Positions 1 to 10,235 of a stretch of 64,000 bases of DNA are shown in pieces. The position numbers and the translations under genes are program-made. Source of the DNA: Deltaproteobacteria bacterium (GTDB taxonomy: Bacteria; Desulfobacterota; Syntrophia; Syntrophales; UBA6807). The number at the start of each line of letters is the position of its first letter. Position 1 is the stretch's first letter. The stretch spans positions 341 through 64,340 of the forward strand of contig JAFGQS010000018.1 in assembly GCA_016935565.1 (NCBI GenBank), in the 5' to 3' direction. Below the pieces are notes generated by a model. It worked only from the letters and a program-made list of their open reading frames with translations. It made no database searches and was not told the origin of the DNA.

Positions 1-1804
1 CATAGTTCAGATTGATGCTGCTGTCCCTGTATTGGTTTATGCCGATCGACAGGAGATAGAGGTGAGGATTGCCGGATTTGACTCTGGAATTGAAATGAAT
101 AGTCTTCATGTCGCTCTGAACTGTATTGCTGCCGTTGAAGGCGGCAACACTCACTTCATTTTCACCGGCAATAGGGTCTATATCTCTGCAGTCTTCGCAT
201 GTATTACCTTTGGGCTTGATGACCGTGGGAACCGAGTCAGCTTTACCCTTTATGGACACGCTCCTCATGTCGTCGTAGATGGCCTTGCTGTTGAGAGAGG
301 CCAGGTGGGTTTTTTCAACCGATGATTTTGCAGCTTCACGGTAATATCCGTCTGACTGGATGAGTTTTCCGTTGTGGAACAGACGGACCTCGCCTATTCC
401 GCCGCCGGTGCTCTTGACCTGATAGCAGAGTTTGACTTTTGGCTGGTCAGTATCGCTGATCCTGGAGGTGAACTCGACAACAGGTGGTGGGCTCTTGATG
501 GCGTCTCTCATGGTGATGGTCACCAGCCCGCTGATGTCTTCTCCCCGTAACTTAGCTGCCACGATGTCGGGCCTGTAGAAGACGTCATAGAACTGGTCTA
601 CGCCATAGCCTTTCCCTTCATAAACAACTTTTAGATAGTGTGCGGCCTTTTCCGAAGCATTGTAATAGCCTTCTGATGTGATTACCAACCATTCGCCGTT
701 ATGAAATTGAACCAGCGTGGCAATTTCTTCTCCCGTCACGACATCAAAGATCCTGAAGGATGCATCCGATCCCATGTAAACGATTCGTTTACCGTCCGGT
801 GTAAAGGCTACCCATCCATTGATGAGCCCAACAGTAAATCTTCTTGCCGCGGCAAAGCGGTCATCAGCAATCTTAAATGCCCTAATCACTGACCCGGTTG
901 AGATATCCCATAGCTTAGCAAAACCGTCTGATCCGCCAACGGACATAATAAATCTGCCGTCGGGAGAAAAAGCTACAGCATTGGTCCCCACCCAGCCTGT
1001 ATGACCTTGTATCGTTCTCAGTTCCGCCCCGGAAGAAATATCCCATAATCTGATCGATCCGTCCGTTCCTCCCGAAAGGGCATATTTGCTATCCTGAGAA
1101 AAAGCCATTGTCAGGACAGCATGTCCCCAGCCTTTATTTTCTCCTGTGCCGTCAAAAGTATTTACAAGTCGACCGGTTGATACATCCCAAAGATAAATAA
1201 CGCCTCTTTCTTTTTTTTCAGCGCCGCGTCCCCCTCCTCCGGAAGACAGCAGATATTTACCGTTGGGGGATAGAACTAGAATACCTCCGCTATAACCTGC
1301 ATCCCAATCGACTATCTTACGTCCACTGTTCACATCATAGATGTTAATTTTATCTTGTGTGAATGCCCAAGAGGATTCATCGCATGTTAACACCTCACTC
1401 CCGTCTAATGAAACTACTAGACTTGAGACTGGATCATTTCCGATCTTTCTGACCATCTTGCCTGATGATAAATCCCACAACGTTAGTTCTTTGCCGCCGG
1501 ATAGGGCATGTTTGCCATTTGAAGCAAACGCAGCAGGAACATTATTTTCTAAACCGGTACCTTCTACCGGATATCTCTTTATCAGCATGCCCTTTGAGAT
1601 ATCCCAATGAGTAAAGACATTCAATCCTCCCGTCAATAGATATTTCCCGTCAGGGGAGATATCAGCACTCCTTGAATTAGTAGCTGGTTGTGTTAAGGTC
1701 ATCTGCGTGTCAGCAATTATCACATGAAGATTGGGAGTTGCTGTCATACAGGAAGAAAGAAAAATGACAAGAAATAGAGATAATATTTTTACCGTTACTG
1801 ACAT
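1..1804 (-). CDS. WD40-repeat lipoprotein running into a caspase-like (peptidase C14) domain; 3' end cut by window edge
   Basis: Absent from the ORF track because it has no stop in the window. The minus-strand frame is open from ATG 1804 (GAGG upstream) to nt 2; I checked the frame at three points. N-terminus MSVTVKILSLFLVIFLSSC is a signal peptide plus lipobox. About seven WD-like blades (LTLWDLSSGK, IYLWDVSTGR, IRLWDISSGA, AKLWDISTGS, FRIFDVVTGE). Last visible residues are HLYLLSIGINQYRDSSINLNY, resembling the start of a caspase p20 fold. Confidence 0.75.
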   Translation of the reverse strand, partial: MSVTVKILSLFLVIFLSSCMTATPNLHVIIADTQMTLTQPATNSRSADISPDGKYLLTGGLNVFTHWDISKGMLIKRYPVEGTGLENNVPAAFASNGKHALSGGKELTLWDLSSGKMVRKIGNDPVSSLVVSLDGSEVLTCDESSWAFTQDKINIYDVNSGRKIVDWDAGYSGGILVLSPNGKYLLSSGGGGRGAEKKERGVIYLWDVSTGRLVNTFDGTGENKGWGHAVLTMAFSQDSKYALSGGTDGSIRLWDISSGAELRTIQGHTGWVGTNAVAFSPDGRFIMSVGGSDGFAKLWDISTGSVIRAFKIADDRFAAARRFTVGLINGWVAFTPDGKRIVYMGSDASFRIFDVVTGEEIATLVQFHNGEWLVITSEGYYNASEKAAHYLKVVYEGKGYGVDQFYDVFYRPDIVAAKLRGEDISGLVTITMRDAIKSPPPVVEFTSRISDTDQPKVKLCYQVKSTGGGIGEVRLFHNGKLIQSDGYYREAAKSSVEKTHLASLNSKAIYDDMRSVSIKGKADSVPTVIKPKGNTCEDCRDIDPIAGENEVSVAAFNGSNTVQSDMKTIHFNSRVKSGNPHLYLLSIGINQYRDSSINLNY

Positions 1805-2808
1805 ATTGTCACCTCTCGTAAATAATGCCGTTTCAAACCATTTTGTATCACCCATCTTTTGCTTACTTAATAAACAAAGAAGGATTTTTGGCCTTATATC
1901 AAAAGACCGATTTTTCATTTTATTATAAGTTGAGATTTATTCTTTCCATATGCGCATAAGGTTTACCGCTGTACTTCGGTAACGTTTTATTTTAGGCAAT
2001 GCGTTATGAAATGTAACTTACTAGTTCCTACGGTTTATGTCAAATGTGGATTCCAGACAATAACGATTACCGTTTGAAAAATTGGATGCTCCTTAAAACT
2101 GCCTTATGCTTTCTTTTGGGAAGTACTGCATAAGATATAGTGTCCAATCTGAGCACTTCAAGATTGCAATGGTTGCCAGATTTTTTTCTTGCAATAACCA
2201 TTCAATCTATGATCCGCTTGTCTTAATCATTTTGTGGCGTAACAAAGTGAAGATAGTATGATTATCAACAAATAATATGCTGTTTTTTGATGATATTTTT
2301 ATAATAGCGTCAACCAATCAAAGAAATAGAGAGTGTTGCTAGCTTGTCACTTTACATAATTTACTGCCACAAAACGAGATTACCACAACGCCTCTACCTC
2401 TCGGTCTTGTTTACTTCAAAGGCAAACATCGTTGATTGGCAGAAAACATAAAAAATGATCAAAATCTATTTGAAATTTGCACATGAAGGCATGCAATAAG
2501 TACTGTAAAAGTAAACGGTCCGTTGCATCGGTTATTTATACTGTATGGTGGTAACATTTGCTGCTTTGTATGTGGGACCACCTGAATAGAGGAATAGTGC
2601 CACGGAGTTGATAAAAGAAGGATATTGTCATATAAATCAAAAACGTGGTATCTTGTTCCACCAGATGATTGAGAACAGAATCGTTGTGATGGATGATAGT
2701 CTATCACCCGGTGAAAATCTTTCGATGGTTCGAGAAGAAACGAGAAAGTCAAACAGCCAATTGGGCAACGAAGCGATCTCGAATATGCACTATGGAGGAG
2801 AAGTGTCC

Positions 2809-3258
2809 ATGCATTTATCAGTGTTAATGACGAGAAAGATAACTGATTCAGTACGTGAATCAGTCGATGAACATCTCATGACAAACGGATTCGAAAGAAA
2901 TGACCATGGCTATCATTGTACAACCCAGTGGATTACAATCGAAATTCAGATTGAAACGGAACCTGAGAAGGATACATACTGGATTTACGGCCCCATAGAA
3001 GTGCTCTGGTTTATTCCCGAGACCGAAATAGCTCTCGAAGCAAAATATACCGAAGAATCCTATGACGAGGCCTATCAACTGGCAAAACAACTGGCTGATA
3101 TCGTTCGTGGTGTAATCTATGATCATCAGGTTGGTGTTGCTTATAGCTCGGACGGGGAACCCTTCGAAACATGTGGCCCCCGTGAGCAACTTGCGGAATA
3201 CGGTACCGGCATGGAAGTATTGCAGAAAAAACTTGGATCTAGAATACAAAAGGAATGA
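2809..3258 (+). CDS. hypothetical protein (149 aa from the best start)
   Basis: Part of ORF 2608..3258. ATG 2809 is preceded by GGAGGAG with 8-nt spacing. I recognise no motif. Confidence 0.45.
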   Translation: MHLSVLMTRKITDSVRESVDEHLMTNGFERNDHGYHCTTQWITIEIQIETEPEKDTYWIYGPIEVLWFIPETEIALEAKYTEESYDEAYQLAKQLADIVRGVIYDHQVGVAYSSDGEPFETCGPREQLAEYGTGMEVLQKKLGSRIQKE

Positions 3259-3289
3259 ACTGTTTATTCAAGAAAGCGAGGCGAAAAAC

Positions 3290-3796
3290 ATGATCGACCC
3301 GTCATTTCAGTTAAAAACCCGCCATCGATTTATTGATTATCTCTATTGGAATCTTGTTGCTTCGGTTCCGGTCATTACAGCGTGTATCGCAATCGCCGGC
3401 ATCTCGATATTCTGGTTTGTCGTTTATCTATTTCTCTGCATCACCCTTATCGTTGTTGTGTATCGATTTTATTGCACCCATTGTCCCCACTATACTGCTG
3501 ACACCAGGACGACCAAATGCATGTTTTTCTGGGGGATTCCCAAATATTTTACACCTCGCCCGGGACCGTTAAATCTATTTGATAAGGCTGTCTCACTTAT
3601 TGCCCCGGTTATTATGGTCGGATTTCCCCTGTACTGGTTATTTCTGCGTCTCGATTTACTGGTGATTTACGTTCTCTCTCTGGGGGTGGTTGGAGCGACC
3701 ATACGACGGTATGAGTGTGTGCGGTGCATCTACTTCGAATGTCCGGCCAACTGCGTACCGGCGGACATAAAAAAGCAGACGACTCCTCAAGGATAA
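3290..3796 (+). CDS. multi-pass membrane protein with Cys motifs (CTHCPHY, ECVRCIYFECPANC)
   Basis: In-frame ATG 3290 in ORF 3119..3796 follows GAGG by 8 nt. Four or more hydrophobic helices. CxxC-type motifs after TM2 and at the C-terminus. Family not recognised. Confidence 0.55.
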   Translation: MIDPSFQLKTRHRFIDYLYWNLVASVPVITACIAIAGISIFWFVVYLFLCITLIVVVYRFYCTHCPHYTADTRTTKCMFFWGIPKYFTPRPGPLNLFDKAVSLIAPVIMVGFPLYWLFLRLDLLVIYVLSLGVVGATIRRYECVRCIYFECPANCVPADIKKQTTPQG

Positions 3797-3879
3797 CAAT
3801 CAGACAAAGGTGTGCCTGTTCCTGTTATCCCGGGGCCGGTGATATTCAGTAGACAGTTTTCAGCATAAGGGAGTCATTG

Positions 3880-6156
3880 ATGAAGAAAAGAGATAGAGAT
3901 CATCTTAATCTGCTTTGTGATGTCGGCGAACTTGCGGCGATTCTCACGGGAAGCGACAATATAGAAAGTTTCCTTCAACGTACCGTAAAGATGGTAGCCC
4001 GTCATCTTGACGCCCATGTGTGTTCTATTTACCTGTATGACGAAAGCATGAAAGAACTTGTTCTTACGGCGACTCTCGGCTTGAATCCGGCCGCTGTGGG
4101 TAAGATTCGGATGAAACTTGGTGAAGGGCTCGTAGGAACAACGATGGATCAACTCCAGCCGATTCTTGAAGGGTCGGGAAGTCGTAATCCGAAGTTCAAG
4201 TATTTCGAGGAGGCCGATGAAGACCGCTATGAATCCTTTCTTGCCGTCCCAATTCAGAAGGGTGTCGAGAAGATCGGTGTCCTCGTTGTTCAGCATGAAG
4301 AGTTTAATTATTTCAATGAAATCGACGTTATGGCGTTGCGGGCAATTGCATCCCAGCTTGCCGGTGCCATCGAAAATGCCCGTCTTTTGATGAACCTCGA
4401 TCAACAACTCGGGAAGCAGTCGGTGAAAGATATATTTGAGGGTCTGCGGTTCATCAGGGGTAAGATTGCTGCATCCGGGTATGCATTCGCACCTTCCACC
4501 GTGTTCAGGCGAAATTACAGGCGGCTTATGATAGGCGATCCAGCCTCAGATCCCCACAGTACCTTGAAAGATTTTTACCGGGCCTTGAAGATGACAGGTC
4601 GTCAGTTAGAGGAACTCCAGAATCGTGTTTCAGAACGTCTTCCCGAAAGTGCGGCACTCATTTTTACCGCCCACTTTATGATTCTGAAGGATGAAAGCTT
4701 TATTACTAAAATCGTCACCAGGATAGAAGAGGGCCTGTCTCCTGCGGAGGCGGTGCGATCGGTTGCACGGTACTACATTTCAGCATTTGCATCGAGTTCC
4801 CATGCCTACATGCGTGAAAAGGTAGTCGATATTGAAGATCTGGCCAATCGTATTCTCGCGAACCTCCGGTACAAGAAATTAAAAGATCATCCCCTTATGA
4901 GAGGGCACATAGTGATTGCACCCGATCTCTATCCTTCGGATATGCTGAAACTCGCCTCCGAGGATGTCAAAGGAATCATCCTCGTCAGCGGCGGTGTAAC
5001 GTCACATGTGTCCATTCTGTCCCGGTCCATGGAGATTCCCCTTATCATCGCCGACCGGCCCGAGTTTCTGAACCTTCCTGAGGGGACTCCGATCCTGATA
5101 GACGCAGAAATCGGCAACATTTATGTCAAGCCTTCAAAGAAGGTCGTTCAACAGTTCGAGACCAGAAATGAAACAAAAAAATCCGTGGCATCTATGGCAA
5201 AAACCATGTCTCGTTCAACAAAGACGAAAGACGGCGTTCGCGTGCGTCTGCTGGCTAACATAAACCTGCTCAGTGAACTCGGTCTTGCCCGTGATCTGAA
5301 AGCAGAAGGAGTCGGGCTGTATCGAACAGAGTTCCCCTTTCTTATTCGCTCATCGTTTCCATCGGAAGAAGAACAATATCATATCTATAAACGGCTATTT
5401 GAAGAGATGGCGGGGAAGATCATAACAATCCGGACACTTGATGTTGCGGGAGATAAACTCCTCCCGTATTCGGATGCAACGGGGGAGGCGAATCCGTCCC
5501 TCGGTCTTCGATCAATCCGTTTTTCCCTCAATCACAGGGATATTTTCGAACAGCAGTTACGGGCAATTCTTCGTGCTGCTTCGAAGGCCAAAAGCCTTCG
5601 CATCATGTTCCCTCTCATTACATCTGTGGATGAATTCAGAGAAGCAAAACAGATCGTTTTCGACTGCATGAATCGACTCAGCCAGTTACATCTTCCTCAT
5701 CACGGTAATCCGGCTATCGGTCTGATGATTGAACTTCCGTCGCTGATTGAAATTATTGATCAACTGGCGAACGAGGCAGATTTCTTCTCCATCGGGACGA
5801 ATGATTTTGTCCAGTATACCCTGGCAGTCGATCGGACAAACGAAAAAGTATCCGATTATTATAAACCATATCATCCATCGGTGTTGAGGGGACTTTCAAA
5901 GATTGTGAAGGCAATAGTGAATCACCGGAAAGATCTGTCTGTCTGTGGTGAGATGGCTCATGAAGAGCAATATATTCCTTTTTTACTCGGTATCGGGATT
6001 CGTAATTTCAGTGTCAATCCTCAATTTTTGCCGGCCGTTCAGAAATGTATTGCCAACCTTTCTCTTGTAAAAGCAGAATCATTTACACAGGCACTTCTCT
6101 CAGAAACGACAATACGGGGAGTATTGAATGTTCTGAACAGCAAAAGAGAGTCCTGA
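3880..6156 (+). CDS. ptsP: phosphoenolpyruvate-protein phosphotransferase with N-terminal GAF domain (EI-Ntr type)
   Basis: ATG 3880 after AAGGGAG. GAF-like N-terminus. Phosphohistidine loop GGVTSHVSILSRSMEIPL. PEP-utilising TIM-barrel motifs GLYRTEFPF, FFSIGTNDFVQY, CGEMA. Confidence 0.9.
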   Translation: MKKRDRDHLNLLCDVGELAAILTGSDNIESFLQRTVKMVARHLDAHVCSIYLYDESMKELVLTATLGLNPAAVGKIRMKLGEGLVGTTMDQLQPILEGSGSRNPKFKYFEEADEDRYESFLAVPIQKGVEKIGVLVVQHEEFNYFNEIDVMALRAIASQLAGAIENARLLMNLDQQLGKQSVKDIFEGLRFIRGKIAASGYAFAPSTVFRRNYRRLMIGDPASDPHSTLKDFYRALKMTGRQLEELQNRVSERLPESAALIFTAHFMILKDESFITKIVTRIEEGLSPAEAVRSVARYYISAFASSSHAYMREKVVDIEDLANRILANLRYKKLKDHPLMRGHIVIAPDLYPSDMLKLASEDVKGIILVSGGVTSHVSILSRSMEIPLIIADRPEFLNLPEGTPILIDAEIGNIYVKPSKKVVQQFETRNETKKSVASMAKTMSRSTKTKDGVRVRLLANINLLSELGLARDLKAEGVGLYRTEFPFLIRSSFPSEEEQYHIYKRLFEEMAGKIITIRTLDVAGDKLLPYSDATGEANPSLGLRSIRFSLNHRDIFEQQLRAILRAASKAKSLRIMFPLITSVDEFREAKQIVFDCMNRLSQLHLPHHGNPAIGLMIELPSLIEIIDQLANEADFFSIGTNDFVQYTLAVDRTNEKVSDYYKPYHPSVLRGLSKIVKAIVNHRKDLSVCGEMAHEEQYIPFLLGIGIRNFSVNPQFLPAVQKCIANLSLVKAESFTQALLSETTIRGVLNVLNSKRES

Positions 6157-6230
6157 GCAGGAATACATGAATGATTCGTATATCTTCAGAAATCGGGCAC
6201 GGTGCAATGTGGCTGTATTGTACCGTGACT

Positions 6231-6563
6231 TTACCCCAGCAGCCATTGATGGATCGATGCACCAACCAACCAGACACCGAAGCTCGCCGACAGAACCGCC
6301 GCAAGAGGAAGATGTTTCGTGAAGCAGATGTAGATGGAAATAAAAAACAGGATACTGGGGACAATTCCCCACAGGGCTCCCTTTGCGAAGGTCGACATTA
6401 ATGTATAATTGCCCGGGTTATCCGTATAGAGCCATACAAGGACGATAAGACTGGTCAAGGGCATCGTTGCAACAAGACCGCTCAGCGAGGGAAACTTTCG
6501 ACCTATTTGAGTACAGAAAATAATGAGCGCGATACTGATCAGTAACTTGATGAAAAATTGCAT
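6231..6563 (-). CDS. small 4-TM membrane protein (DUF3147-like)
   Basis: 110 aa and almost entirely hydrophobic helices. Size and pattern resemble DUF3147; the family assignment is from memory only. Confidence 0.55.
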   Translation of the reverse strand: MQFFIKLLISIALIIFCTQIGRKFPSLSGLVATMPLTSLIVLVWLYTDNPGNYTLMSTFAKGALWGIVPSILFFISIYICFTKHLPLAAVLSASFGVWLVGASIHQWLLG

Positions 6564-7027
6564 AGAGACTCCTCTGTTGTGTGAATGTTATAGTTATACA
6601 CGCGGAATAAATATTTGCGAAATAGTATGTAACTCCGGCGTTTAATACAAGTCTTTTTTCATTTTCTCCCCTTGTCGGTACCGGCAAATATGTGCAGACC
6701 TGAAACGTGGGGTGCCCGTCGGGGCGATTTCTATGAACAGTTCACTCTTTGTATATTAAAGTTGGCATTCAAAGTAAAAAATGTTTTCACATATGCGTTA
6801 TTTCCGTTAAAATAATGCGTCACAATGATAATTCATCAAGAACGTTCCATCTGATTTCTCTAGATAGTGTACCGTCTGACTCTCAACGCAAATATCGATC
6901 ACGATGAAAATTCACCATAACTTGATAATGGTGTTCGGAAACGAGCATGACACATTATATTGTCGTGAGTAGAACAGTAACATTATCTCTATCACTTTTA
7001 CCTTTTTTCTTAAAAAAGGAGAAGAAC

Positions 7028-10000
7028 ATGGCAAAATTAGATAACAAACAGCAATCGTATCTCAAGGAGAGGTTTGGCGGCCGTGTCAATTTCGATAAAG
7101 TTGAGCGGAAACTGTACAGTCATGACATTGCTGCCATTCCTGGTCTTATCAAGCCATTGATCGGCAGCACTGTTCCTGATGCTGTCGTTCAGCCCGTGAA
7201 TGAAGAAGAATTGACCGGGCTCATTCGATGGGCGATGGAAAACGAAATCGTTCTGACTCCCCGGGGTAAGGCATCACCCGTTTATGGGGGTGTTTTGCCT
7301 GTTAAAAAAGGGATTGTCGTTGACTTCTACCGGATGAACCGAGTTATTGGTGTCGATTCAGACGCACAAACGGCTACCGTACAGTCCGGTGTGGTATGGG
7401 AAAAGCTTGATCGGTATCTTAAAAAACAGGGTCTTACCCTCCGTACATACCCTACCAGCTATCCGGGATCCACAGTGGGCGGCTGGCTTGCTCAGGGGGG
7501 GCCGGTATCGGATCGTATGAGGCGGGCTGGTTTCGCGATAATGTAGTAAGTGCTCGTGTCGTCCTGCCTGACGGATCAATCCGGGAATTCAACGGATCTG
7601 AACTGGATGTCATTTCTGATGCAGAGGGTATTACCGGTCTGATCAGCAGCGTGACAATTCGTATTCAACCCCTTGAGGACATGGATGTACTATCCATCGG
7701 TTGTCCTGATGCGCATGATCTGCAACATTTTATTGAAAAAATGACTGAAGCGAACCTGCCCATCCGGTCACTCCTCTTTATCAATCCCCGTATGGCTGAA
7801 CTCAAAAACCGGGCTCCGCTGATGGAACATCTGGGTCACCCTGTGGAGGAACGGGTGCTCCTCCCTGCTTCTTACATAACAACCCTTACATTTCGATCGA
7901 AGGATCGTAAAGCGGTCATGGATGGACTGGAAAACCTTTTAAAACTCTGCCAGGCCGAAATTCTGAGCGACCGTATCGCCCGGCATGAATGGAAAAACCG
8001 TTTCAAACTGATGGTAGTTAAACGTCTGGGTCCGAGCCTGGTGCCCGCTGAAGTCGTCATACCGCTCAGTGCTCTTGGCGATTTTATGTCCGAAATTGAG
8101 CATAGAATAAATCAACCGATCGTCAAGGAAGGTGTTATCATACGGAAGTCGGCATCAGGAAAGCCGGAAGTTGTTATTCTCGGGTACATCCCCAGCGATG
8201 AACGTACGTTCAGTTACAACTTTGTATTCAGTTTGTCTTTGACCATTATGAATATTGCTGAAAAACATGGTGGACGTGCTTATTCAACGGGACTCTACTG
8301 TGCAAAGAAGGCGGAAGAAGTACTGGGGAAGGAGCGACTCGCCCGCCTGAAGACATTTAAGAAAGAAATCGATCCGAAAAATATTTTAAATCCGGGTAAG
8401 GTTATTGGTGACGGATTGCTGGGTACGGCTGTCAGTCTCGGTGGTTTCATCGAACCGCTTGTACGGCCTTTCGCTAACTATATCATTACGCAGATCGGTG
8501 AGAGACCGTCAGAAGGTGTTCGTGATATACCTGCCGATATTGCCTGGTATGCCTATAGCTGTTCTCAGTGCGGTTATTGTATTGAAGAGTGCGATCAGTT
8601 TTACGGTCGGGGCTGGGAGAGCCAGAGCCCCCGCGGCAAATGGTACTGGCTGCGTGAATACATGAAAGGCCGTGAGAAGTGGAACCAGTTCATGGTCGAT
8701 ACGATTCTCGTCTGTACCACCTGTGAACTCTGTAATCTCAGGTGCTCTGCATCCCTTCCGATTGAACAGTCGTGGATGAAGTTGCGGGGACAACTGGTCA
8801 ATGAAAAGAAGAAGATGACCTTTCCGCCATTCGAAATGATGGCGGCGGCACTGAGAAAAGAAGGGGATATCCGGGCGGCATACCGCAGGAACCGTACCGA
8901 CTGGTTTCCGCAGGATCTGAAGGAAAAACATGGTCCTGCTCATCTTGCAAAATCAGTCTACTTCGCGGGATGTACGGCAAGTTATGTTGAAAACGACATA
9001 GCCATGACTGCTGTGAGATTGCTCGATGAGGTGGGAGTAGACTTTACCTACCTGGGAGAGCCGGAAAACTGCTGTGGAACACCGGTCCTCGTTGCCGGTC
9101 TGTGGGACGATTTTGCCGATGTTATGAAAAAAATATTCAGGCCGTCAAGGATATCGGTGCAGATACCGTTATATCGTCGTGTCCCGCCTGTAATATAATG
9201 TGGCGGCAGGTTTATCCTCAATGGGCGGAGAAACTTGGAATTGAATACGATATTAAAGCCAGGGACTACAGTGAGGTAATGGCTGAAAAGATCAAAGCAG
9301 GTGAATTTTCTTTTCCCGAGAAAGAAGGGCCGCCTGTCACCGTGACATTCCATGATTCATGTCATATCGGACGAGCCTCGGGAGTGTATGAACCGCCCCG
9401 TGAACTTATCAAGGCGATACCCAATGTAAACTTCGTCGAGATGAGTTACAATCGCGAGGATGCACACTGTTGCGGTAGTGTACTGACCCTGGTCAAAGAT
9501 CCTCCTGTTGCGGCCGATGTCGGTAAGGAGAGACTCGACGAGGCACTGGACGTGGGAGCGGAGAAAATGCTTGCCCTGTGTCCCTGCTGTCAGGTCCAGT
9601 TGCGTGTGTCCGCAGAAAAGAGAGGAGTACCTGTTGAGGTTGTCGATCTGGCGCGCTTTGCTTCGGCAGCGCTCGGCTATGATTTTCCCGATCCTAATCC
9701 GGAAGTCCATAAACAATGGGCTGTTTTCGAGGCCATGATTGAGCTGATGACACCCCAGGGTTTTGCAGATCTCATGGGTGCAATGTGGCCGGAACTCATT
9801 GATGCCATGCCCTTCGGTATGGGACCGATGATGCGATTTATGGGAAAAATTCCCGGGGCACTGGAGACAATGAGACCCTTGTTCCCGATCCTCTTCCCCC
9901 GGCTGCTTCCCATGATGATGCCGAAAGTGATGCCGGTCATGCTGAAAAGAGTGGGGGAGCGAATTACCATGCCCGATTATATGGCGGAACAGATGCCTGA

Positions 10001-10109
10001 ATTAATGCCGAAAGTCATGGATAACCTGATGCCGCATATGATCGGAGATGTGGTGCCCCTCGTCATGCAACCGATGATCGACTATCTGAGGGGGAGAAAA
10101 AAGGGATAG
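7028..10109 (+). pseudogene. FAD-binding (GlcD-like) oxidase fused to a 2x[4Fe-4S]/CCG-domain (GlcF/HdrD-like) module, interrupted by two frameshifts
   Basis: Three ORFs in three frames (7028-7546, ~7497-9198, 9102-10109) read as one ~1027-aa protein. The first junction reads ..STVGGWLAQGG|AGIGSYEAGWFRDN.. across G7 at 7495-7501. The second reads ..FADVMKK|NIQAVKDIGADTV.. across A7 at 9127-9133. Ferredoxin motifs CSQCGYCIEEC and CTTCELCNLRC; CCG motifs ENCCG and AHCCGS. AGGAG RBS before ATG 7028. Confidence 0.8.
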
Positions 10110-10167
10110 AAATTGTGTCAGCAAAGTCCTGGATTCACGGCTATCAGTGAATCATGACTGTAGTAAA

Positions 10168-10201
10168 GATAATGGGTGAGTCGAAATGCTCATCCATTAT
10201 C
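10168..10201. terminator. 13-bp stem hairpin between convergent genes (possible bidirectional terminator)
   Basis: GATAATGGGTGAG-tcgaaatg-CTCATCCATTATC, with one G.U pair. It lies between the oxidoreductase stop (10109) and the rbr stop (10236). No clean U-tract. Confidence 0.4.
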
Positions 10202-10235
10202 ATTTGTCGTCTCAGGTTGCATGTTGACGATTTTG

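Noticed and set aside
1955-2035. Possible third, degenerate copy of the 126-nt element (shares CTTCGG..TAACGTTT..TTACTAGTT)
   Set aside because: My manual alignment gives only scattered short matches, well below 60% outside two short words. Not significant.
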